Of a DNA stretch of 64,000 nucleotides, positions 1-12,678 are shown one piece after another. Source of the stretch: Gammaproteobacteria bacterium (GTDB lineage: Bacteria > Pseudomonadota > Gammaproteobacteria > Eutrophobiales > Eutrophobiaceae); the NCBI GenBank assembly GCA_965222155.1, contig CBDCTH010000004.1, forward strand, positions 1 to 64,000, written 5' to 3'. The translations under genes were made by a program, and so were the position numbers. The stretch's first letter is position 1. Each line of letters starts with the position of its first letter. The notes below the pieces were generated by a model, which worked only from the letters and a program-made list of their open reading frames with translations, had not been told where the DNA came from and made no database searches.

Positions 1-3000
1 GAAGAAGTTGTGGTGGTAGACAAGGTATAATGTGTGTTGTGGTGTGTTGTGTTGTGTTAGCCTTCTATTCAGTGTGCTTTCCATGGTGGGGGATGGCTCA
101 ATATATGCTGGTAAATTATAAGCTGTTTACGTTAGGTTGAATCATGGATGAAAGGCAAGAAGAGTGATGGTGATGTAGGATGGTTTCCTTCGTCTCATGT
201 CTGTCGGCTAAATGACAATACCAAGAGCAAGGAAGATACTACGACTGTGCCATTGTCCAGTGGAAACAGCGCACATTCAGCTGACCCTAATAACATGACT
301 AAGACTAAGCCATCAAACATTGACACAAGTTTGTCCAACAACAAGTCTAGGTCTGGGTCTTTCTCTCAGCAGATGTCGCTTCCAGGCCAGGTGAGTGACC
401 CAGCATACCTTGTTGGAATGTCACCATGTCACTGCACGATATGTCTCTTCTTACAGAGTGCTAATTCAGTCGCATCTCCAACTGTCTTCAAATTTCCAGA
501 CGTTGCTATTCCTGGCACGCCAGGAGGGCCCACGCCTTCAAACCGAGCCCCAGCAACACCCCATCCGTAAGGAACCTTTTGTTTTGGCATGGTGTATTAT
601 TGGGATTGTATCTTTCTAGTGGATCAATGAATAGTGCCAAGCCAAAGGTACTATATGACATATAAGAAATAGTGTAGAGTTTGAGATGAGATTTGCTTTT
701 ATTCATCAGAGCTAGAACTGTCACTGTTCTTGAATATCAAACACTGCTTTGCAAGCCTGCATGCATGCATGCCTGTGTAACAGAATAGCTACATATGGTA
801 CCTACAGTCTGCTGAGGTGTAATTGTATCTATGTTGACAGTTGATAATGGGGAAAGGAGGTGACTGGAGACGTACTATCCAAGATATGACAGTCATGAAT
901 CCAGAGGAGGTATCTCTGAGTAACCTGTTGTATTGTAGTTTGTTGGAAGGGTTGTCAAATGCCGTTTCACTCATCAGTTTTTCCAACTGTACTGTACTTT
1001 GATTTGCTTGTCTATTTTCAAGTCATTAGGCCCCCTTTTTGTCTGCTTTTAGCTATAACTTGTGTTCTTTCCAGATGCATCGTCTTAATAAACTGCTGAA
1101 GAAGGACATGAAAGCCAGTCGAATAGCCCGTAGAGGAGCAAGGGTGACATAGCTATGGGCAACTTATAGACGTAGCAATGCAGTTCAGTTTTGTTTATCT
1201 AGGTCAATCAAGTTGCACCAATTCCTATGACATCATCAGCAGAGTAAGACTTCGAATTTGCCTGTTTGCTATGATAGTCAGTTGCCAGTTTAGCAGTGAT
1301 CAGAGCTATGTTTCTTAGTGCATGAACTCTAACTTAATCATGTACAAAGTCACTCAGCCAGTCAGTCAGGGTAGTCTGTTGTTGTTACTGTTATTATGTA
1401 GTTACTGAGCAGCCTATATGATTATGTAGTATGTTGTCTGTGTTTCTACCATGGCTGTATTTGCAGGAAACCTCTTCTGGAAATTGCTGAAGAGTCACCT
1501 GTCTCCCAAACTCCTTCAATACAACAAATCAATCACTGTACGTGTCTCTTACTGTCCACTATGTTTGCTGTTGGTGTGTTATTTATTGTTTGTAGTGAAA
1601 TCTGTTGCATCTGTTTCAATGCCATCGATGTTACAAGTAAGTTTTGTAATGTTAGTTTTTGGTTTGGTTACAGAATCATTTCTTCGATGCATTCTATTAA
1701 TGATTGGTGGACCGAATGCCTGTGACAGGGCATTTCCTAGGATGACACAGTTTGCCTGCTTCAGGGTGTTTGCTTCTCACAGCTGTAAATGCTATGAATA
1801 ATTTTCTTTTCTGTTATTTACTGGAGTTGCAATCGTCAGGCTACTTTTTTGCCTTAATTATTGCTGTCTGATTGGGTGGCAAATATGACTCTGACTTGTA
1901 AAGGCATTCTCAATGGTTGACTTAAACGTTAATTCCAGTCAGATATTTGTGTGTAGATACAATCTGTCATTCCTGTTGATACTGTACATTGACTGTGATT
2001 ATCTGATTGTTTGCTATGCAGCCTGCCATCTCTGTTGAGGCGATTGATGAATTGCCAGAGGAACCAGAAGAGAACACACTTACACAGAATTCAAGCACCA
2101 CTAACACACTGACAGTACCAGGAATGGTAGCTGAACCAAAGCCCAAGAAAAACACTGGTCAGCTCCCTTGTTGGCTCTTGGCTGCCTGAAGTGCAATTTC
2201 TACTTTTATAGCAACAGGAGGGGAAATGCCTGACTGGGTAAAGAAATTCCAAATGGAACACTCTGTCGTTGTTCATGAAGATGGAGTTCGGAAAGGAGAA
2301 AAAGCCGATAGGTGAGATAGATGTACACTGACAACATAGTAGTGAATGATGAAAGGGTGTATGATACATGTAGCTAATGTAAAGAGACCCTTCCACGCAG
2401 ACAACAGTTGATATAGATACATTTCATTAAGCCAGTTAGGATCATGTGACCTTGTGGTTATACTTCACTGGTTGGCAGAAAGAACAGGTGGGAACCAATG
2501 ATGTGACCAATCCACTTGATTACCCTACAAAAGCATTGTAGGCTGGATATCAGCAAACGAGCCTTACACCCATGAAAGTGCTGACCAGTTGTTTCACTGT
2601 TACTGGCTTCCAGTTGAGAGAAGGCACATTTTATTGAGGAAAGTACACTGTTGGTACTTGCAATTCTTGCTGTTTCCAAAGGGACCTAAATATGATTACA
2701 CTTTCTATGTATGGGGGTGGACTGGTTCAGCCACAGAGTCACGTGACACAAGGACTGGCTAACTGGATTAGTTCCATATATAGGCTAAAGTAAATTCTGA
2801 CGTACAGCAGGTACAGTCTTGCTCTCTACAAGAACTTTCCCTGTGGAGGGTTGGTCACCCACCATTTTTGGTCTTGATATGTGGTAGAGGCACAGCTTAT
2901 GGGACTGATCCCTGTAGCATTTCAGCAGAGACTCAGTCTTGCAACATTTCTAACTGTATTTTTGTCTTTCAGTCCTTCCCCTGGATCTCCAGACCGCACT

Positions 3001-3072
3001 TCTCCTGGTTTGAGCCGTAAAAACAGTGTAACTTCCAGTGGACCGCCTTCACCTGTCATAGTTGTCTCATGA
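1..3072 (+). CDS. 3' part of a multi-exon SH3-domain protein with a Ser/Pro-rich tail (5' end outside window)
   Basis: Exons 1-24 and 137-390 splice (AAG|gtataa...tag|GTT) to give EEVVVVDK-VESWMKGKKSDGDVGWFPSSHV, the C-terminal half of an SH3 domain. Further short GT-AG exons follow (about 457-566, 841-909, 1075-1143, 2022-2155, 2973-3072), ending ...SGPPSPVIVVS* at 3072. Family not identified; internal boundaries approximate. Confidence 0.7.
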
Positions 3073-5380
3073 CGAGAGCTGCCTGTTGCTGTAACACAGC
3101 AAGATGCCTACATAATAACTATTTATCACTGTTGTGTAATATAGTAGAGAGGATTAGTTTAAATTGTAAAGATTATTTATAAGCATATGTACTGACTTGA
3201 TGAACAGGTGACAATGAAATGCATATGGCCTATATGTTTCAGGAAATCTCAGCTTTGTTCTAACCAGCACACAGTATCATAAGCAGACTAGGTCAGGGGC
3301 TGATCCAGAATTTGCAAAGGAGTGGCACACAATTGCCCACGTTTACTATGACGCCACTGTACACTGTAATGTCACCATTGACTTTTCCGTTGATGTTGCA
3401 TGTACAAATAAATGCCCAACCAGTTGCTGGAATATTGCTGAAAAGTAGAGATAATAGCTATTTACGTAAGAAGCAGTTCACGCATGCTCAGCTCACCACC
3501 ACAGTGGGTCACCCAGCTGTATTTTGCTAACATTTTTTCTAACGCAATTACAAATACCCAAACGGAATCAGCCCCATATTGACCTTAGAAAGTACCTGTT
3601 CCATTATGAAATCAGATTCCTTTTTGAAGTTGCACTGAAGACAGCAAGTCTCTCTCTCAACAGAATATCTATGTCATCCCATCTCTCCTCTAGAGAATCT
3701 CGGGTGGTTTGTACTTCTCTGACATCGGAAGACTGATTGAGTATTTCTCCACAGAGATATTCTATGTTGCCTCTCTCTCTCTCTCTCTCGAACAAATAGG
3801 AAATAGGTTAAAGGTTGTATTCGGATATTAAAAGTTGAAATGGTGGCTTCTTGGGTATGAGGCTGTGGAGGTTTAAATACTGATGCATTTTCCCACCATG
3901 TGGAGATACATGTCCAATACACAAGTCTATTATATATTGACATATGCATCCCTCCAAAACATTAGTCAGATGCATAAAGATGCATCCTTCCAATACAATA
4001 ATCCATTTCTCACCATTATCATCATATATTTCATATATCTATTTGGTATCATCCTAGACTAATCCAGAATAGTTCCTCTTGGGCACACAAAAAGGGACAC
4101 TACACACAATACAACTACACTGCGAATTCGAATACAACTACACTACAACTACAACACACTATACTTTACCACAAAATCACTACAGCTCTAGCCTTCGAAT
4201 CCACCTACTGAAGTCAGACATCTAACTACTGTAGATGCTATTTCTACATCAATCTTGCATGTTGTTAATTTGCATATCTACAAACTACTAGCTGCCCACA
4301 CTACAGGGACTTGTATTATAGCTGTATGGAGGAACACTGAAGGGATACTGGGATGAACGACGATAATATGTTGATAATTGTTACAGGGACTTTCAACTTA
4401 AGCACTTTGAAAGGTAAAGTTCTACTCATGTGATCTCTCACACACGTGAGCCCACGCACTGCATGTGTCTACCTTTTGTTCTGTTGCAGAGTTTATCCAA
4501 CTCTGACCCACTGAAACAGTGCAGAGAAAGGTCAACAGCATTGGCATTTCCAGTGTCCTTGTTCTGACTATGTATAGCATACTGTGTCCGTTAGGCTAAT
4601 TGAACTTTTGGCTCATAATTAAGGACTGTGAGAATCCTCTTGAAACACTCATAGTTACAGTAGCACCATTGTTTCTACTGCTTGGTGTTAACTAAGACAG
4701 TCGATCACAGCCAACAGGTGTACAGAATGATGGCAATCACTGGTACTATAGCCTACGTGATGATTTTAGAAATGATTTTTATAAAGAAATCAAAAGTGAA
4801 ACAATTACTGAGCAGACTGTGCAGTAACATTGTATGCAAATGGTGCATATTACAACTTCAGTTCCTTGTGGGATTCAAACTTTTGCCATATACTAATATG
4901 GCCACTGGTACAGGTACAATGAAAAGCTCTGCTGTGTCACTGTAAGACTGATAATTTGCTTGCACAGCAACAGAAATTTAGAGACAGAACAACTCACTAA
5001 TATTACCTAAAATCACATTTTCAGGAGGAATATTAAGGGGTTCATCGACAGGGGCTTTCTTCTGGCAAAGACCTCTGGTCACGTGACGTAAGGTTGCAGA
5101 CCCGAAGTTGATGGGGGAACCTCGACCCTGTGGACGCCTAGCCTCGTCCCCAGCTGGAGTGTCCATGTTTGTCATGGGCCAATTAAGGCCCGGATTACTC
5201 CCCTCTCCACTGTCTGGGGAGGTACTGCCTGTTTCTATGATGTATATATAGCATACAATACAGTAGATGGATGACAAACAGAAGTGGAAATTCTTCCTGT
5301 ATGACTGTTACAACAAGAGATGAATCGTTCAATTAACACATACATATTTTCTAAGTTCATCACTCTAGATGCATCTCTTT

Positions 5381-6796
5381 CAGTGCTGCCAACCTTGCTA
5401 AACTAAATTGCGGGAGTTTGCCAGCCGAAATGCGGGAGAATGCGGGAGACTTCAATTTTGTTGGCCGCGCCCACGCTTGCATTAATATCAATGCATAACT
5501 AACGACAAGTTTATCGCTATATATTAATTATCTAACGGGCCCAAACAGTGGGCTCTAACAGATTACCGTACCGCCATGCAGGTCAGAGCTCATCAAACTC
5601 CGCCAGCACGGAGTCCACCGACTGTCGCTAACATGCGTCTACGTCTTCGCGGGTTCTTTGCGATGCTTTTTATTGTACTCGGTTGTAGCCTTCTTTGCCT
5701 TCTCCAGCATCTCTTTGGGCGGGTCAAACTTGATAAAAGAATCAGGAATATGTGTTTTGATGGTCAAAATGCTCGAAAGGGTGCCATCCAAAGATAAAGA
5801 TGATCTGTAGGAAGTTTTATTCAGTCGAACTAGACTAAAAATTCGCTCTTCACCGGCATTAGAATGCGGAAGGACAAGGACAAGGACAAGTTGTGCTATC
5901 CTTGCAAGATTGGCAAATCTTTGCCGACAACCATCGGCAGACTTCATCTTAGTCAAAAAAGCCCAAATAACATCAATACGTGGAAATGCCTCCTTCCTTT
6001 CTTCGTCGCCTTCCTCCACTTGATAATGTGCTCTGGCTGCTTTCCATATGTCACCCGAAATATCGGCTGATTCGAGGAGCTGATAATCTGCAAACTCATC
6101 AAATAGTGCATCCAACTCTTTTGGAGTAAATTTCAGAAATGCACTGTAGCGATTGGCGAAGTATTCTACATCAGTGAAGTTCAAGTCAGCATGTGCCCTT
6201 CCCACAGCTTGCCTATCACTCCTACTTGGACCATCTGGAATTTCAAGCGGTAATTCGTCTGCTGTTCCAAGCGGTAGTTCGTCTGGTGTTTCAAGCGATA
6301 GCTCACTATGCTTTGCCTCAGCCTGTGTCCGTCGTTCTGTTAACAGAAATGTCTGTTCTTCTAGGAAAGTGTGCGCATACACAGTTATTAGCCCGTCTAC
6401 TAGACAACTGGACGTGCTTTCAACAAACATCACCAGACCTTTCTGAGGCCGATTGGGCCAACGGACGATCGCTGTATCGCTCTGCTCTAGTCAGATTTGA
6501 CTTCAAAAAGTACGCGTCCATGATGCCACGTGCACACGTCTAGAATACGGCGATACACGTGACACCGAGATGACGCCACGTGCGTGTCATCGCCTCGTAT
6601 ACCCTGAGGCTAAGAGCAGAAGCACGTGACACACGCGTGTCCTCGCATAATTTATATGACCGGTGCCTCGAGCGCGAAAAACGACCACACCCACCGATGG
6701 TCAGTATGCGGGAGATTTGGTGTCCAATGCGGATAAGCGGGAGATGGGTCCAAATGCGGGAGTCTCCCGCTCAATGCGGGAGAGTTGGCAGGTCTG
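5381..6796 (-). mobile_element. Internally deleted hAT-superfamily DNA transposon
   Basis: Imperfect TIRs CAGTGCTGCCAAC (5381) and GTTGGCAGGTCTG (ends 6796). Subterminal (T)GCGGGAG repeats at both ends. CTCTTT directly flanks both sides. Confidence 0.85.
5639..6433 (-). pseudogene. hAT transposase C-terminal (dimerisation domain) fragment
   Basis: ORF contains W...RFANLARIAQLVLVLVLPHSNAGEERIFSLV, matching the hATC motif (P.SNA..ER.FS). The N-terminal and catalytic parts are missing. Confidence 0.85.
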
Positions 6797-7234
6797 CTCT
6801 TTATTATACAGCCTGATCTGGATTATGCCTCCATAACTTGGAGGATTTCCAAAAGTTATCAATGTGGATGACTTCACCTCCTGGAAGGATGAGCTATTCG
6901 GGTTATTGCCAATGCTAAATCCAGGGGTCATACTCAGTCATTGTTCAAGAGTCTGAAATTTGAAGCAAGAGGCAAAACTCAACTTGCCAAGGCAATTTTT
7001 ACAAGGCAATCAATGGGCTACTACCTCAATGCAATATATGTTTACTTTCTTGGGTGAAGTTTCTCTCAGAAGAACAAGAGGAAGTGAAAGCAAAGCAAAG
7101 CAATCTTTGTCACATGTCCAAGTACAGAAGCTTTTAAGAATAGTTTTCAGTATAGAGGTTCATCTCTCTGGAAACACTTGCCAGTATACCTCAATTCCAT
7201 TGTCTTGGATTAATTAGAGAATTTTACCACTAGT

Positions 7235-7469
<235 letters not shown>

Positions 7470-7499
7470 CTGGCGTTGTCCTGTAAGGACGCGCTTTGA

Positions 7500-8025
7500 A
7501 TAAGGTATTGCAGACTCCCAGCTTGCTAGATTTGATCATGGCCTCCGTCACACCTTGGGGATTATCACTCAGTCTTCGATTTCAGATACATGCTGGCTAC
7601 AAGCCACATTACCGATTCGTCTTGGTGGTTTAGGTTTTCGTGAAACTTTGACTTCATCGTCAGCTGCTTTCCTGGGGAGTTGTCATTCAAGCCGCCAAAT
7701 AATTGTTCGTCTGTTACATCAAGGCACAGCCTCTCCACCACCTTCAACCCTCCGAATTTCTGGTGAAGAGGTTGCCAGCAGTTGTTTTAACAATCATCTC
7801 GGCTATGAAAACAATTCAGATAATCCGAACCCTTCAAGCAATTCTCAGAAATCACTTCAGGCTCAAATAGATAACAAGTCATTGTCACTCTTGAGAGACA
7901 TTTGCAGCATCAGAGGTCAAGCCAGACTCAACACGATCTCATCAATCCATGCTGGTGCCTGGATTAAGGCTATTCCCAACGAAAAGCTTGGCCTAGCAAT
8001 GCAGCTGCATGACAACAACATTTAA
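7500..8025 (+). mobile_element. Fragment of a CRE-like (RLE-type) non-LTR retrotransposon, post-RT region
   Basis: Translation WLQATLPIRLGGLGFR...ARLNTISSIHAGAWIKAIPNEKLGL matches the recalled CRE-clade motifs QA.LP...GGLG and ARL......AGAWL.A.P. Confidence 0.75.
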
Positions 8026-8989
8026 AATTATGACATATTGAGCCTCTCAACAGTACATAAAGTAATCACAATTGTAATTTGATTGCAAAAGCTGTGTAAA
8101 CTATAACAGGAAGCACATGCAACATCAAATAAAAATAAATAAATAAAAGCCGCCTGCCCACACCAACTTGTACAATGAAAGTTCCCTTAAACAACTTATT
8201 TTATTGGTGTGGCTATTTTGGCTTTGTACTCATCGTGGTAGAAATAATACCATGAATCAGGGCAGGTGCACAACTAAAGAGTGAGAAGCTTAAATTTGGC
8301 AAACTGCAAGAGCTGGCCATCGTTCAAAATATATGGACATGCTTGATTCAAATTCAATCGACCATTTGTGCCAGTGCAAACTGTACACTTGCCACATGTT
8401 TGGTCTCCAATGCAAGGCCAGTGATGACTGGTAGATATCAAGGTGTGTGTCAAGAACCTAGGCTTGACTTTGTTCACCTTGGGTCAGTCTTGAAAATAGA
8501 GTACTGAGCTGACAGACGTAAGAACAACTGCAAAGCAAACAATCTTTGATACACTTCCTCACCTACAAATGGCAAATACAGACCTGGATAAAATTATATA
8601 AGGACAATTAAATGATCCACTTTTCAAAAATACTGCAAGACTACAGATCAGGCTAGCATGCTTTGATAAAATAATTTGGTGCACATGCGCTTTCTGTCTG
8701 GACACTATTTTGCTTATAACGTGGTTCTAATCACTGCAATTTGAATCTGATTCTCATAGGGATTACTAGACTTCTTCAATGCTTTGTAGTGATGGCTGAA
8801 TCCAGTGCTATATTGCTAGCAAAGGGAGAAAATGGCCCTTGATCAGGACCATATGTAGTTCACTCTCATATACCATTCATATATCTATTGAGAAAAGTTC
8901 ACATCCTTGAAAGGACTCGGATAACAGTTGCTAGAGATCATCTTGACATATGGATGGGGCCAGGATTGAAATACAGAAGTACTTACTGT

Positions 8990-11900
8990 AGCAGTCATGG
9001 GGATACCTTATGTGTGAAAGTCCTGTTTGGGTGACTCGATCACGGACCAACCATACATCGAAGGGCGCCCAAGCACAAAGGGAGTGCTCATGAAGGTGGG
9101 TTTGCGAAAGGCAGTTGCAGGTCAACAAGGAAAGTGGCAGGAATTCGAGAGAGATAAGTTTGATGAGGTGTTAGACCAACTTCTGGCAAGGGGATGCGCC
9201 AACTACTCCACAAAGGCTACTGCACTTGCACCATCCCTTAATTAAGAGGATGGAAATTTCATCAGCACAACATAAAGTCAGCCAGAAGGATTCTGAGACC
9301 AGTGCAGCTGCTTCGGCGATGCCGGCATCGATGGTAGCAGATGATGGCTGTGAAATCACAATGGGCCTCGACGAGTTCATGAAGGTTCTCGAATTTTCCA
9401 AAGCTAAGGAGGCGGATTTCATGCAGCATGCATAGGCGCCGGAGCCGGTCCGGCCATGGCCGGACCGATTTCCAAAAAGTGTACTTCCACCACGAGCTGT
9501 TTGCCACAGACTTCCGGTCTAATAACTATAGCCGATTAAATAAGTAATATATTTATTCCTGCTTCACCCCCATAAAGGAAGCTTAGGAATATTGCCGGCG
9601 GGATGTTAACTCATTGACGACGATCTCTCCAAGTTGAAGTTCTGTAATAGACACGGATGAAGCCAGAAACTTGGTACCCGGATGCGGAAGAAGTATCGTC
9701 TCTGCTTCCTGTTCATGGCTTCAGTTTCAGGCCTTCCCGAAAAGCCACATCAGCCAGTCGAGTTTAATTTCCCACAAAGAACATTTGGGTATCAGAAGAT
9801 CGCACGGTCTTTCCAACCCACGTGGTACAAGATACATAGTTATTGCTTGATGATAACACTTCAGGCTTAGTACAATAGCACCCACGAGACGATATCTTAG
9901 GAGTGCAAGGAATCGTTACTCAGAAGCATTGTAGTCCGCATGCACAAATCACGTGATAGATCACGCCCTCGACAACGCCTTTTAGCGCGCGTTAGGCCGG
10001 ACCGGGTCAGATATGCTTCCGGCGCCCCTGGCATGTAGAGAAGCTTCAACTTGAGAGGTCGGCTATTGTCACTCTGATGGATCGTGGAGGACAAGAACAG
10101 TACCTGTCAATACACGCAGCTCTGATGGCAGATAGCAAGGCCAGGCTATCTTGTGGTTATTGATATCACCAAGCCACTCGACGAGAAAGTGAATGTTTCA
10201 AAGTTCCGTCGTGAGGAAGGTGGAGTCATCGAGCAGCAGCGAGAAACAAAGACAAGAGCAGCCACTCTTCGCCACTGGATTGCTGCCGTTGAAGCTGCAC
10301 ATCCACCCGGTGCACCATCGCCTCAACAATTCCTAGGGAAAAGCCATGGAGTCAAGCGACCTCCTGCCGTCTTCATTGTCATCACCAGAAAGGATCAAAT
10401 TGAGAATCTCAGCTCGGAATTCGTCCAGATGCAGGAGCAGCTGCTACGTGATGTGATCAGTGAAAGTGAACATTTTGCTGATCACTTGGTTCCGTGCCAG
10501 AAGGATCCATGGAATGTTCTGTTTTACGTGGACAACACCAAATCTGGCAAGGGAGATCCGTCGAGCAGTTGCAGGATATGATAGTGGAAATGGCCCAAGC
10601 TCATTCTAATGAAGGAGAGGGCACACCACTGACATACGTCATGCTAGAATTAGGTCTCAACAAGGTCAGCCGAATAGCCAGCAATCAAGGCAAGGTGCTC
10701 GAGCTCAGCAATGTCTTCGGATTGGCCAAACTAGTATGTGAGCTCTCCCCTGGTAGAGAATGCACCACTGCCCTCAGATACCTTAGCAACATGGGAGCCA
10801 TCTGTTTCTATCAGGAAGAGCCCGGTCTAGAGAAGCAGATCTTTACTGATCCGCAATGGCTGGGTGATGTGATGTCCACGTTTGTCACCGTCCTTAGTCA
10901 AGAAAATGTTCCTCCAACGTTGTGGCACGACCTAGCAAAGCTCCAACGTGAAGGTCTGATGACCTAGAATCTCGCAACGTATCTCCTACATAAAGCTAAA
11001 GTGGATGTGTCAGTTCGAGGTCCGATCTTGCGAGTATTGCAGCTGTTCAACATCATTGCTCCATCTCTCAAGTCTCCCACCCATCCAGAGGCCTTTGTAA
11101 ACGTGGGTGATGATTTCTTCGTCCCATCTATGGTGCTTGCAGAATACAGCAAGCCCCCTGCTTATGGGCCGGCCATCAGTTCACTTTCGGTCGCCCCGCC
11201 TCTGTTTCTGTGTCCAAAGGGTTTTACTGCCTTCCTGAAACCTCTCTTTTATCGGCTCATATCTCGTCTGGTCACAAGATACCAGTATCGACCCAATGTC
11301 AGACGTCATCAGGTTATCCTTCATCTTCCTCCTTACCTCGAATTAGAGATGGCTTACACAACGTCAGCAGTGATCGCAACCGTCTATTCTGCCGATCCTG
11401 CTAATCCCCCACCGTTGACAATATTACGAGAACACTGCAGATTCCTGAAGGGATTCTTAGTAGAACAATTGAATCAAGCTAAACGACGTGGCATGGACGG
11501 CTTCCAGTTTGAGGTGTGCGTCCACCCAGTCGGAAACGAAGTAGACTATGAAGAGCTGGCGTGCATTGACAACTACCCGAGCAACCCTCTTATCAACAGA
11601 CGAGATGACCTATTGGCTATGACCCAGTGTCCAATGCTCGATTTATGGATTGATGAAGATCAATGTGAAGGTATAATGGCTATTCAGATTTGCTATAAAG
11701 TGTTTAACTAATAAACCTATTTGGCCTCTATAACTGCTAGTGTGTTGTGGACGTTCATTTTCCTGTTTGTTACATTTGTAATTACCAAAGCCACAGCGTG
11801 TAATTGCAGACAATAGTATATAGTCCCTGTGGGAGACAACATCTTGAAGGCGATTCCGTGGAGTCTTGGTGTCTATCTTCGTTGGTATTAAATGTAAGAA

Positions 11901-12678
11901 AGACTTGACAGCATCTCATTGCAATAGAGAATTTGGAAGTGGGACCTTTGTGTATAGCTCAGAGCTTGGTTGCCTGACGATCTTGTAGTAAGAATTTTAC
12001 CGTGCTCAAAGAAATATCATACCGACGATAATGACGAGGCAGCACATACATACGATCGCGTGTAAATCAAACGGATCTATCTGGGTTCTTGGTTGTAGAC
12101 TATCTGTCATAGTTTTTTGTATAGCGACTGCAAACAGTTTTATAGCTGTTTGTTATGTTAGTGGATGTCGATTTCATAAATGATACACATACTATGAACC
12201 TGCCGGACCGGATAATGTTTATATAATTGCTAATTAAATATCTTGAATAAAAGGCTAACTAACATAAAGTGCTCATGTCAGAAGATGAATAGATTTTGTG
12301 ACAGGTGGAGAGACTGGTACACTGTTGTCACCCTTACGGGCAGAACAAGCTGACGCTCCTTCAATTGCCGCTGAGGCTGACGGCAAGGTAGAATCGAGAC
12401 TCCTTGTGTCTGTTGCTCAGAAAATTGCTGGTGTTTGGGAGGAGATCGCTGCATGGCTCTCGCCAGAGCTGTTCTCTACTTTGAAGACGAAAGAGATCGA
12501 ACGGGATCACAGCAGCTCATTCTCTCGAGCTCGAGCAGTTCTCGAAACCTGGAGCCGTGAGGTTGGCAGCAAAGCTACTTGTCGACGGCTAATCCAATCA
12601 TTGTGCCAAATGGGGCAAAGAGCAGTGGCAGCTGAAGTATTTGGTTCCGAGTTGGTTCAGTTTGTTCAACCAACTTGA
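8990..12678 (+). pseudogene. Disrupted ROCO-type gene: Roc GTPase + COR + C-terminal Death domain
   Basis: Roc motifs PSTKGV (G2), LMDRGGQEQYLSIH (G3, about 10070-10120) and VFIVITRKD (G4). COR motifs ALRYLSNMGAICFY...IFTDPQWL and LQLFNII...FFVPSMV. Intron 11671-12304 precedes a Death-domain exon (IAGVWEEIAAWL...AVLETWSR...LIQSLCQMGQRAVAAEVF). Lesions: damaged P-loop region, frameshifts near 9230, 10140 and 10560, in-frame TAG at 10965, and a MITE insertion. Confidence 0.8.
9431..10030 (+). mobile_element. Non-autonomous hAT element (600 bp) inserted in the Roc domain
   Basis: TIRs CATAGGCGCCGGA / TCCGGCGCCCCTG, subterminal GGCCGGACCG repeats and flanking duplication GCATG. The internal remnant LPEKPHQPVEFNFPQRTFG...RSFQPTW resembles the N-terminus of ZMYM1/TTF-type hAT transposases. 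Confidence 0.85.

Noticed and set aside
4978-5277. 99-aa ORF as a confident exon
   Set aside because: Part of it (from 5139) is the TAGCCTCGTCCCCAG repeat terminus; no recognisable domain.
10965-10967. In-frame stop in the COR region as possible readthrough
   Set aside because: It is TAG, probably mutated from TGG, in a locus with several frameshifts and a TE insertion. No recoding signal, so it is pseudogene decay.
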